The translations under genes were made by a program, and so were the position numbers. From the NCBI GenBank assembly GCA_964016885.1, contig CAXHJY010001549.1:1-64000 (forward strand): DNA of 64,000 nucleotides, in the 5' to 3' direction. This stretch comes from Eledone cirrhosa (lineage: Eukaryota). Positions 25,000 to 36,000 of the stretch are shown piece by piece. The first letter of the stretch is position 1; every line of letters begins with the position of its first letter. Under the pieces are notes generated by a model that was not told the origin of the DNA, did not search any database, and saw only the letters and a list, made by a program, of their open reading frames with translations.

Positions 25000-25345
25000 C
25001 GAGTAGTTGAGTCAGCAGAGGAGGCCCTAAGACATGACCTATCCCATTTTGCTCAACCGTTTCCTATCAACATTACTTTTGACCTGTAACCGGAGCAACT
25101 TCAAATTTCAGCGTCACTACTTTTGTCAAATAAATCAATCACCTTATTTTAAACAAGATAAAATCAACGTAGACATTTTTATCAATTTAATGACGCATAT
25201 TTCATTCACGCTGTCCTCTTTTTTAACCCGCCACATCGACATGTCAAAAAGTGAGAACAGGTGCGGATATTGACGTCAGAAAGAAAAAAAATAGGAAATT
25301 TCTGCGATATAAAAGAACGAAGATCGGCCTTTTACTATCATAACG
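25000..25345 (+). promoter_or_regulatory. Candidate perilipin promoter (AP-1, nuclear-receptor half-sites, CRE, TATA)
   Basis: TGAGTCA at ~25008, TGACCT at ~25035 and ~25080, perfect CRE TGACGTCA at 25271-25278 and TATAAAAG at 25308-25315. GTAAGT donors follow at 25421/25455/25484. The first coding exon (31855) starts at a splice acceptor, so an upstream non-coding exon is expected. Confidence 0.55.
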
Positions 25346-25829
25346 TGATTTATCAGATACAACGAAACAAGCTGCCTTACGAAGTTGAAGAAAGCACTAA
25401 TTTTTTAAAGATTTAATATAGTAAGTTAATTCTGTTTAATTTTAATATAGTACGGTAAGTTAATTCTATTTAAATTTAATATTGTAAGTTATGTTTAACG
25501 GATCTCCTGGTAAACGTAAAAGTTTGCCAACTTTTTAACCCTTTTCTTTACCATATTTCTAACAATTTCAATATAGAACGCTGATTTTGTTTAAAGGAAG
25601 AAGTTTTGTTTATGTTATATTTAGTTGGAGTTCTTATTAAACTTTATAATCGTAAAGTTTCGCCAAAAAAACTTCTTTAACCCTTTCCGTATCATATTTC
25701 TAATGAAAGACACTGCCTGTTTCTCAAATAAGTTTGAAAATAACAAAGAATTTGGAGAGATTAAATAATACGACTAACCTTTTCATTATTAAGTTGTTTG
25801 GGACAGGCGGTTTGTATTTTTTCAGTTTC

Positions 25830-26175
25830 ATTCAAGTTGTAGACGTATTTTGTAAACAATAGCTTCCCAACATCCATGATACAGTAGCTGCATCCGTAAC
25901 TGAACAAAATAACTTTTTAAAATGTCAGAAATTATCTATATTTTTTTAGCGTTCGAAATGTTTTGAGGAGCTTGCCCGTTGCCAACGGAGTTCTTGTTAT
26001 TGTTGGCGACTCACCTTACCGACATACGTAATGGTCCTGGTCAGGGTACTTGGTTATTCCACGGCCTTAGTCTCGCCATCACTCACGGCAATGCTGCGAA
26101 TGTGTTGCCGTGTCTAACACATTATTAGTGGGAAACTCCGCGGGTCTTCTCTCACTTTTTCTTTTTTTTTATTTA
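25830..26175 (+). mobile_element. Old CRE-like RLE retroelement 3' fragment
   Basis: Translates to FEMF*GACPLPTEFL...TWLFHGLSLAITHGNAANVL, matching the LFQRLS.AI.RGNA end motif. Confidence 0.6.
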
Positions 26176-26214
26176 TTTATAACCACTTTATTAATCTTGT
26201 TTAAATATATATAT

Positions 26215-26460
26215 ATATTGTTATACTGTGGGAGGGTCATGTTGCCAATAAGAAACACACGCACCACATGCTTTCACTTCAATTTATTATAATAAATTTA
26301 TAAATTTATTATAATAAATTGAAGTGAAAGCAACTGGTGCGTGTGTGAATTTATTATAATAAATTGAAGTGAAAGCAACTGGTGCGTGTGTTTCTTATTG
26401 GCAACATGACCCTCCCAAAGTATAACAATATCGGTTTCAACACACGTTTTCAGATAAAGA
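26215..26460. mobile_element. Fold-back repeat (pLTR-like) with internal ~46-bp duplication and hammerhead-like motif
   Basis: GGGAGGGTCATGTTGCCAATAAGAAACACACGCACCA arm and its reverse complement. A related solo copy is at 57535-57615. Confidence 0.65.
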
Positions 26461-27617
26461 ATCTTGCTAAACAAATTCAGAAACGAAATATATAATATAT
26501 GTATTAATATTAAAAACAATTTAATAGAAAAAAATAGATTAAGAAAGAATAGAATGTAAAATAAGAAAAAAAGGCAAAAAATATATTTAAAAATATAAAT
26601 TGTGTTTATTTGTATACATAATTATGTGAAATCTAATTAATATATGTAAGAAATCTATATATAACATAAAAGATGTTGGTTGGGTGGGTGGCTGATTGAA
26701 TCACACGAAAACCACACACACACCTAAAGATACAGAGAGAGAGGCAGAAAGAGAGATAAGCCTTTATACAGAGAGAGATACAATTAAAGTGTTAGATATT
26801 CAGAGAGAGTAACGTCCCACGAAAGTATAGAAATGGCTTAAACTATAGATCCTTTGATCTATAGGAAGGTTTAACAATACTGCGTTAGCTTTTATAAATT
26901 CGTTTTACAGTCTTTGATTTTACAGAACAAAGAAAAATTGATACTATTTGAAATTAATCTACCTTCTAGCTTTTATCCATATACTACTTACAGTCTGTAC
27001 TAACAAAGCAACACTTCAGAAGCAATGTTATGCGGTATATTGCTGTATATATGACGTCCTTTGGAGCTGACAAAGATCATACTGACTATGGTTATTTCAC
27101 ATTTAAAATCCAAGGCCAATGCTACCATTTAATTGGCAGTTTACTCCCCCAGACTAATAAGGAAGTTTTATGATTGTTTTTTATGTCTCACTCACACACG
27201 CACATATTACAGTCTCACCTCATACCAACAACACATCCAATACAGTCATTTTCTCTTTTATCCGTCTTCTCTTAACTGTTCTTCCAGGCAAAGCCGGGTG
27301 CCTCAGCTAACCAATATTGGTTGGTTGGTTGGTTGGTTGGTTAGTGTCTTCACGCAAAATCACCTAAAATCGAAAACAGACAATCCAATCAAAAAATAAG
27401 TACACCAATGGAATAAAGGTATACCCAGGAAGGTTTATTGATACTCATTTTATAAAATCAAAGAATAAAAACATCCCAGGTATGCTAACCAACCCAAATC
27501 TTATTCCTAGCAGGCTGGCAGACAACCTTATGGGATTCTCTCTGCGATGCCAGCGTCTCCATGAATTTGAACGCTTGTTTTTACCTGTGTGTGCACACAC
27601 ACATATATAATATTTAA

Positions 27618-27872
27618 GTCTAAAGTCTGTCTTAAGCTAGAAGGTTTCATGGCGTGAAGCGACTGAGAGTACAAGACTTTCCCCTGGACAGGATGCCAGT
27701 CCAGCTCGGGGTTAAACCTCCAGCTATTGCTGGTACTCATTTTCAGCTGAGTATACTGGAGCAACGTGAAATGAAGTGTTTTGCTCAAGAACACAACATG
27801 CAGCCCAGGAATCAAACCCACGACATTATGATCGTAAGTCCAACACACTTTCCACTAGGCCCTGTGTCTCAA
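27618..27872 (-). mobile_element. tRNA-derived SINE family B
   Basis: Reverse complement of the copy at 44338-44620. Confidence 0.8.
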
Positions 27873-27880
27873 CATAATTA

Positions 27881-28100
27881 TCTATATATAATATAAAAGA
27901 TTGGCACTCCTATCATCTTTTTGAGAAACCTGGACCTGCTAGATCTATGCAATGACAATGGAACATACTTTACATTCAGGAGGATGATGAACCATCTCCT
28001 GGAGGTCACTATTCTTGGAAGCAATCATCAAGGAGAAAATGCATTTATTCCCAAAATTCCTCTTATCCCTTCCTCTACCAAGTTGTCATTCAAATTCCTA
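27881..28100 (+). mobile_element. Internally deleted Helitron: 5' terminus fused to a PIF1-like helicase fragment
   Basis: Begins A|TCTATATATAATATAAAA. Encodes KIGTPIIFLRNLD..LCN..GT...LLEVTILG...GENAFIPKIPLIPS...FKF, a conserved Helitron/PIF1 segment. Confidence 0.8.
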
Positions 28101-28139
28101 TTCCTACAATTACAGCTAGAACTAATTACTGGATTGTTT

Positions 28140-28500
28140 GTTACTACAGCGACACCTGCTGCAACAGCCACCCCACCTCGTGGGGGGCTCCTTCCTTAGA
28201 CAGGCTGCTGATGTTCCAGTTTTATGGAGGAGCTTGGCATTATGGGGTTCGAGGATGGCTGGGGGTCTCGATGGTGACAAGCTCCGGTATTTGTTTGTCT
28301 TCCTTTCCTCTGCATTGCAGGCCGCAGTATCGGGGTTTGCGGCTAAAGCAACTAAGTTGAAGCTGGCAAACGTGTCCCAGCATGTGGCATCCCAGACGAG
28401 GGATCTACCTCCTTCGATTGGGAAGTGAGTAATTCTTTGGGGAACTTGCCGTTTCCACAGTCCAGGCCTGCTGGCTCCAGTTGTGATTGGAAGCCAGCTG
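28140..28500 (-). mobile_element. CRE-like RLE retroelement fragment (same family as 23558 and 51700 copies)
   Basis: Shares CAGCGACACCTGCTGCAACAGCCACCCCACCTC with the 51860 copy. Confidence 0.8.
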
Positions 28501-28916
28501 CCTCAAGGTGTTCATGAGATGACTATTAAACCATCTGAAATTGCTTCTTGTTTCCATGATATAAAACTGTTCTACAATGTTTCGATTTATTTTAAAATTT
28601 TCCATCATAATGTTACCTTTGTTGAGTTATGTTCCAAACACCAGCTTGATAAGGGGATAGTTTACTTTAAATCCTTCCAAAATTATTTGTGACCACCATT
28701 AGAAATATGGTAACAAAAGGGTTAAAGTGTTTAGATTTTTCTAAAAATTTTCCATCGTAATTTCATGTAAGAATCTTTATTGAATGTTTTAATGATAGGA
28801 GATGCAACATCACACATACACACACATAATTTTATTGGCTATGCAGGCTTAGCTGACCTATGAGATTGCATCATAGGTGGTTTCTCGGGGGTTTTAATGA
28901 TATGGCCCTCAGTCCT

Positions 28917-28997
<81 letters not shown>

Positions 28998-29163
28998 ATA
29001 TATATATAATTAGTAAATTTGTATTCCAATGTTACTAAGTAGTTGCATTGGATGGAGTCAACCGACGTCAGAGATTGCTCAACGTATAATAAAGTGTGTT
29101 TTAAAATCCGGAGAAAATATGGAGAAGTTTATGAAATGGAAATGCGGGTATACAGAATTTATT

Positions 29164-29278
29164 AGGTAACAATTGTTTCTATAGTGTATGGGTTACCTAT
29201 ACCTCGCTATTTGAATAATATAAATATTATCATAAACCGAAAGTACACTGTAAGCAAACACACCATGTCGTCAGACCT
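29164..29278 (-). ncRNA. Inverted copy of the long-stem-II hammerhead motif
   Basis: Reverse complement of 29989-30103 with one visible substitution. Confidence 0.7.
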
Positions 29279-29286
29279 TTGTATAG

Positions 29287-29580
29287 GCTCGCCTATACCA
29301 ACATCGATCTTCGATCAGGCACGAGAAAATGCGCTCCGTAACAACCCTCGCCGATAAAGCCTGGCAGCTCCGGAGGAACAATCAAGCATTCTCCCTTGAT
29401 TGGCAAATTATTGCAGCTGCGCCTGCATATAAGCAAAATCATTGATTCTGCAAGTTATGCAATTTGGAGATATACTGCATTTTAACGTCGGTAAACAAAC
29501 TTTTGAACAGCAAAATTGAACGTTCTCTATACTGTAACCATCGTTTGAAAACGACTTTTTCTTTTTTTAAATGCATATAA
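29287..29580 (+). pseudogene. Penelope-like GIY-YIG endonuclease C-terminal remnant
   Basis: ARLYQHRSSIRHEKMRSVTTLADKAWQLRRNNQAFSLDWQIIAAAPAYKQNH*FCKLCNLEIYCILTSVNKLLNSKIERSLYCNHR. Carries the R..H / T.L...W / W.I / C.LC..E...I / LN...E / C.H pattern of PLE endonucleases, with one in-frame stop. Confidence 0.8.
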
Positions 29581-29988
29581 TGTTACCTTTTTACACCACC
29601 GTTTGCAAATTTCTGTTTTATATGTTTATACACAAGATATGGCTTTCTATAATAATAGTACTAAACACTGTTTTCTGGACCCCTTTAGAAATAACCTGCT
29701 ACTATAATAGCCCCAATAACTTGTCTGTGACACTGTACCACTTTGACCCCTTTAACTAAATTTTGTCCGAACAACACCACTAGAAGAATTTACTTCCCCC
29801 CCCCCGCCAACCCTAACACGCCTCATTAAGCTAACTGCTGCCAAAACATTCTCCCCTTACAATCTCTACTAGTCTGACAGTCTTAAATCCTAAGACTCCC
29901 TCCACCTTACTCACTTCCCTCTTCCCCTTCTCTTCCTACCTCCTTCTTTATCTTGTGTATAAAATATTTTCACATCATTCCAATACAA

Positions 29989-30103
29989 AGGTCTGACGAC
30001 ATGGTGTGTTTGCTTACAGTGTACCTTCGGTTTATGATAATATTTATATTATTCAAATAGCGAGGTATAGGTAACCCATACACTATAGAAACAATTGTTA
30101 CCT
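29989..30103 (+). ncRNA. Type I hammerhead motif with unusually long (88-nt) stem II region
   Basis: aggt-CTGACGA-[88 nt; atggtgtgt pairs with atacactat]-GAAAC-aatt-GTT-acct. Confidence 0.7.
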
Positions 30104-30571
30104 AATAAATTCTGTATACCCGCATTTCCATTTCATAAACTTCTTCTCTATATATATATATATATATGTTAATATAACTCACACCTATGTAGATTTTAGC
30201 TGGACTCCTGCAAGGTTGAATCTCAGATTTCTGAGATATTTTAATAAGAGCTGCAAGTTCTATCATGAAAATCAATATAAAATGAATTGCTGAAGAACAC
30301 AACATACCCCAGCCCCCAGTCCAGGACTCAAACATAAATCTTATACTAAGTCCATCTCTCTAACCACTAGGCCACACACCTATGATAATGATAGGCTTTC
30401 TATGTATCCTTGACTGCTTCAGTTAATGTCATTTGTTTTAATAATCTTCATTATCTGGTAGCTGTCACTGATATCATAGTCTGTCAAGTGTTCTTCATGT
30501 ATGGCCTATAATCTAACTTTTAAGTAGTTTGTGACACATGTGTCCCCCGTCCCATTACACACACATATTTA

Positions 30572-30772
30572 AACTATTACTACTGCTGCTACTGGTAATA
30601 CTACCACTGCTGCTGCTGCTGCTACTACTACCACTGCTACAATTACTACTACTAATAATAATACCACCATCACTACTACTCTGCTACTACTACTACTAAT
30701 ACCACCACCACTACTACTACTACCAACACCACTACAGCTCCCTACCACCACCACCACCTTACTACTACTATA
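30572..30772. repeat. (ACT)n/(ACC)n/(GCT)n compound microsatellite
   Basis: Trinucleotide runs. Confidence 0.9.
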
Positions 30773-31519
30773 CATTTATACACATCATTCACATACATCT
30801 AGACACATTAACACAATTACAATTACACAATACCTAGAGACAATATGATGAACTCATTGTTATAAAACAAAGGGCTAAATCTCTTAGAAAGTACAATATG
30901 CTTAGTTATCAATAAATTAATAATCTTCCATGGCTACTTAGATATATCAGAGGCATATGTGTGTACTTTGTAATGTGAACACACTGAACAATACAGATAG
31001 TTAATCTCGGTGATTAATGTGCAGTTGACCCCAGCTTGTGTTGTTCTGAATCTGTGTGGTAAGTTTACATTTTGTGTTAAATATTACATGTAGCGCTTAG
31101 ACAGTAAATGATGGGTAACAGACTTGAAGCCCTTATAAAATGTTGAAAATAACCATTACAAATGCTTCTCGGACTCAAGAGAATATCAACCACTGTGTCA
31201 TGGCAGCTGTCTCAAAGATTTGTGTAGATATAAAATGTCCTTAAAATAAGCTCTGGTTAATTTTGTATATTTTGCTATAGTTTTTATATAGATTTCCTTA
31301 AACTTTATTTTCAGCATCTGTATATGTTCTAGTAAATGTTTATATAGTGTGGTGTGTGATTCCCAAAATGTGCTCAAACATTGCTACCTCAATGATAGGG
31401 GTCTTGATGGTATGGGGGAGCACTCTCTGGCATACAGAAGTGTGCTCAAACATTGCTACCTCAATGATATTGGCCCCGATGGTATGGGTGAGCACACTCT
31501 GGCGTGCAGGAACAACCCC

Positions 31520-31690
31520 AGGTACTGGCTGCCTCATGTTCCCAGTAGACGGAATGGAGAAGGCATTGCCCCAGAGGATGGCAGGGAGACGCATTGAAAT
31601 AGCCCTTCCAACTCCCTCTGATCGCCAACTCCACCCTGATAGTAGTGAGTAGAGAGGTGATCTGGAGACCAAGGATGTTAGAAATTTGCA
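31520..31690 (-). mobile_element. CRE-like RLE 3' fragment, next to a 72-bp tandem duplication (31369-31505)
   Basis: Minus strand reads GLFQCVSL/ILWGNAFSI across a frameshift. Confidence 0.5.
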
Positions 31691-31877
31691 CTGTTACAGG
31701 TTCAATGACAAATCTATTGGAGAATGGCCAATAATTTAACAGCTTGCAATCTTCAGCTTCTTGGGGCTACAAAGCCTAGCTCTGTTGCTGAATTCACCAG
31801 GTTGCCACTAGAGAAGGTGTCACAAATGAAGGACTTATATGTTGTTCTTTCTAGGACTTAACCATCAACAATCTACC

Positions 31878-32100
31878 ATGGAGCACCAAGAAAGCAATGG
31901 TGAAGAGTCTCAGGCTCAGTTTATGAAGCGTTTTTCTTCAATCCCAGTCATAGAAAGTACTTGGACTCAGCTGTCTACTTACTATAACAAAGCCAAAGAG
32001 TACAACACACTTGTGAAGTTTGCCTTAGACAAAGCTGAAGGTGGAGCAAAGACTGTTCTAAATACTGCCCAACCAGTTCTGGATAAATATCAACCCCAAA
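31878..32100 (+). CDS. PLIN2: Perilipin coding exon 1
   Basis: Acceptor TTCTAG|31855, ACCATGG start, donor GTAAGT at 32101. Confidence 0.9.
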
Positions 32101-33034
32101 GTAAGTTGTTCATACTTTATATTGTTCATTATGAGAATTTATCAATTTTATTGTTTGCGAGAAAGGAAAGTGGTAAATTGGCAGTATTGCTAGAACATCA
32201 AATAGTGTAGATTTCATTCTGGCTCTTTGCACTCTGTGTTCAAACACTGTCATCATCAACTTTGCCTTTCATTTTTTCTATATCAATAAATGAATTACTA
32301 GTTCAATATTAGGGTCAAGTCTTCCACCGTCTCCCTCTCTGTCTAGTGTTTAAAATACCAAAAATGGTACCCCTACATCTTTATAAATATATAGGTCTGA
32401 TTTACATAAACAATCTTACCAACTATTTAAGTAGATGCTGGTAAAAATTCATTGTTTTTGTCTTTCAATAAGTGATTCGCCACAACTAGCCCCGAACACT
32501 TGACTTTTGACAAACCAGTTTAATAGCTGTGAATGTATGTTTCAGTTGGTTCAAACAACAGTCTGCTCATGAAATTAACATGCAAGTGGCTGAGCATTTT
32601 ACAGATATGAGTACCTTTAATGTCATTCTCAGGGAGATTCAACATGTTACAGCCAGGAAATGGAAAGTCATTTTATGAACAGTGAGCAAATTTGAATTTT
32701 GTAAGAATGCACAAAGTGCACTGTTTAAAATGGTTGTACTGATGACATGTAAATTACACCCAGTTCACCCTGTAAGGTGGTTGGCATTAGGAAGGGTATC
32801 CAACCATAGAAACCATGCCAAATAGGGTATTTACAGCGAAAGATGAGATCTCTCTAACCTACCTGATCATGGACCGTACAATCTATCCAATCCATACCAG
32901 TGTGGGAGGTAGACATAAAATGATGATGATGATGATGATTATAGCTTACTGTAAGCTGCAACAATGCAGATTTAATTATAAAATAGTTGAACAAAACCTT
33001 ATTCAAATGCATTAGCCCATTAGCATTTAGATTA

Positions 33035-33068
<34 letters not shown>

Positions 33069-36000
33069 ATATATATATATACTATTGTATTTTCACAGTA
33101 AATACTTTCTCACATAATTATCCCACATAATATCGAATCTAAGAGATTTTGATGTTATTTATTTTGAGAACAATACCTTAATGTAGGTACGAGCAGCCAG
33201 TTAGAGCCGGTTTGAACAGAAAGTGGTGAGAGAATTCTGGCCGGATACGGCCAGTATAAATACTAAAGGGTTAATCTTTGCACAACTTCAATACTTATTT
33301 TTCAGTCAATGCTGCAGATTCTTTTGCCTGCAATCAACTTGATAAACTGGAGGAGACATGCCCTGCTATTAAGAAGACACCTCAACAAGTAAGTTTTGGT
33401 TGTTTCAATGGTTAAGAAGTTTACTTTGCAATCATAAGGTCTCAGGATCGATCCTATTGAAATTTACTGTTCACATCTATTCAGGTTTCTTGGGTGTTTT
33501 AATGTTATGTTCCTCAGTCCTATCCTACACATACATATGTTGCTGTTTAACCTGAACACCAGATTGGCAAGCTACGTCTTATCCATTTACAGTTGTAGTT
33601 CTGAAATGTAATTGTAAATTCTATTCTATTTTTCTTTCACACATCTCGCCTAGGGAATTCTCTTCTGGCTTCTTGCTACAATTTCAAAAGCAACAACAAT
33701 CATCATCATCTCTTTCCTTGAATAATGTTCTAACTGTCTTGTCCTTTTCCCTTCTTGGTAACCCCTTGCATTTTAGTGGCTTTATTGCCTAGCTTGGTGT
33801 GAGCAAAAAAAAAAAGAAAGAAAGAATAATACCATACGACACTATATAATACCATACGACACTATATAATACCATACGACACTATATAATACCATATGAC
33901 ACTATATAATACCATATAATACCATATAACACTGTATAATACCATATAACACTGTATAATACCATATAACACTGTATAATACCATAAACACTGTATAATA
34001 CCATAAACACTATATATCATAAATACTGTAAAATATCATATAACACTGTATAACATCTAATATATAATGTAATATGCTATAATATAGTATATATGCTATA
34101 ATATAGTATATCATCATCATTTCATTTTACGTCCACTTTTCCCTGCTTGCAAAGGTGGGACGGGAACTGATTCTGGCTTGATTTCTACAGCTGGATACCC
34201 TTCCTAACACCAACCTCATTTACAGTGAGTGCTGGGTGCTTTTTTGCCATGGCACCTCCACGATCACTTTGTAGTGGAATAATAGGGACCCCAGTCCCTA
34301 TCATCTCATTTCTACAGCTGAGTAAACTGGAGCAATGTGAAATAAAGTGTTTTGCTCAAGGAAACAATACATCACCTGGTCTGAGAATTGAACTCACAAC
34401 TTTTCGATTGCAAGGCCAATGCTCTAACCATTAAGCCATGTGCCTCCATATAGTATATATACTATATTATAGCATATATACTATATATATATAGTATATA
34501 ATATAGTATATATACTATAATATTATATACTATATTATATATTATGTTATCTTCTCAACAGATTGTCACTGATGGCAAAGAAATGTGTTCCAATTTGGTG
34601 CAGCCTGCAGTTGATAAGGTAAAGTCAAATTTAATGTTTTCATTACTATATTTCTAATGAAAGACATTGTCTGATTTGACTCTTTCCATATTGTCAATGA
34701 TTTTCAATTCATCACAAAAATAATCCATGAATTTGGAGGGATTTAGTGACAAAACTAGCTTTCTTATTATCTATCTGGTGTGTGAACTTTTCCTTTAGAT
34801 ATCTGAACTGTAGTGACTAGAAATGAATCAAATACATCTCTCTGTAGACCTGCCAACCTCTAAAAACCCAAATGGGGATTACCATGAAAAAAAGTGCTGC
34901 AAAACAGGGGGAAATAAGGCAAAATGGAGAGATTTTACATAATGAAAGCTATACCCATTTTCACAAGAGAAGACATCTCTCACCCACCCTAAAGTGGGTG
35001 GAATCTTTCCCCATTGGATGGGCAGAGTTGACAGGTCTGATTCTGTTCTAAAGAAGAGAGGTTGATGTAAAAGCCAAACTAACTATCTTCAATTTGGTAT
35101 TCATGTCTACTCGTACCTAGGACCAAAAGAATATAATTACGAATATGAACAGCCGAAATAAGGTTCCTCGGAAATGTCTATGGAGTAACGTTAATAGGGT
35201 GCGTAGCTCTGACTCACTTTAGGTAGACAACTTGTTTGTTCTTAGCTCAAAACTTAAAAAGAAACTCATTCGTTAATTAATATTTTGGTTTATTTTAATT
35301 GCTTATTTAAATATTTTCAATTAAGGTCAATGCTGTAAAACAGATTGGGGATTCCACCATGGACAACATCAAATACTTCAGTTCTCTGGAAAACAGCAAG
35401 GAATTTGGCAAGAAACAGGTGCTACGTGCTTCCAACTACACCTATAACCAGCTAGTATGGTTGCTTCAGACAGATTATGGTCAGCAGTTGTTGCACCAAG
35501 TAGAAATTTATTTAACCTATTCCGAGGATGCTCTGGATAAATATTTGCCTGTTGTGGAGAATTCTGAGGCATCAGGAGAAGGTACTGTATAACACGAGAA
35601 ATTTTGAACTAAAATTACTGTCAAAAACAAAGGATCTAACCAGTAGACTGACTGAGCTGTAGTCTGTGGTCTCATTGTATAAGAGAGCTTATACATCTAA
35701 CCAGTAGTGGCTGACTGAGCTGTAACCAGTGGCTTCCAATATTTAAAGAGTCCAAAATTTTTTGACATCATAAAATTTTCAGCCAAGGTCCCCCATGGAA
35801 GTTTAATCTGCCTCTGCAGCTAACCCTAGTTGTGTTAGTTTAACCTTAGCTAAAGTAAAAGATTTGGCATAGAAGGAAGCCAAATCGAAATTTCAACTCA
35901 ACAATCTAGTTTCAATTCCTAGTTGTAATTTAATTTCATTTATGCAATTAATACTTTTGTTAGACTGTATTTATGGTGTGTCGGTCTGAAAGGATTTCAT

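Larger units (their letters stand above)
29123..30144 (+). mobile_element. 5'-truncated Penelope-like element with inverted pLTR
   Basis: 162-bp inverted repeats (29123-29284 / 29983-30144) flank a GIY-YIG C-terminal remnant and 3' UTR. Each repeat holds a hammerhead motif. Confidence 0.85.

Noticed and set aside
31839-31877. Upstream ATG of the 123-aa ORF as the perilipin start
   Set aside because: It lies in the polypyrimidine tract/acceptor. The ATG at 31878 has Kozak context and fits the PAT N-terminus.
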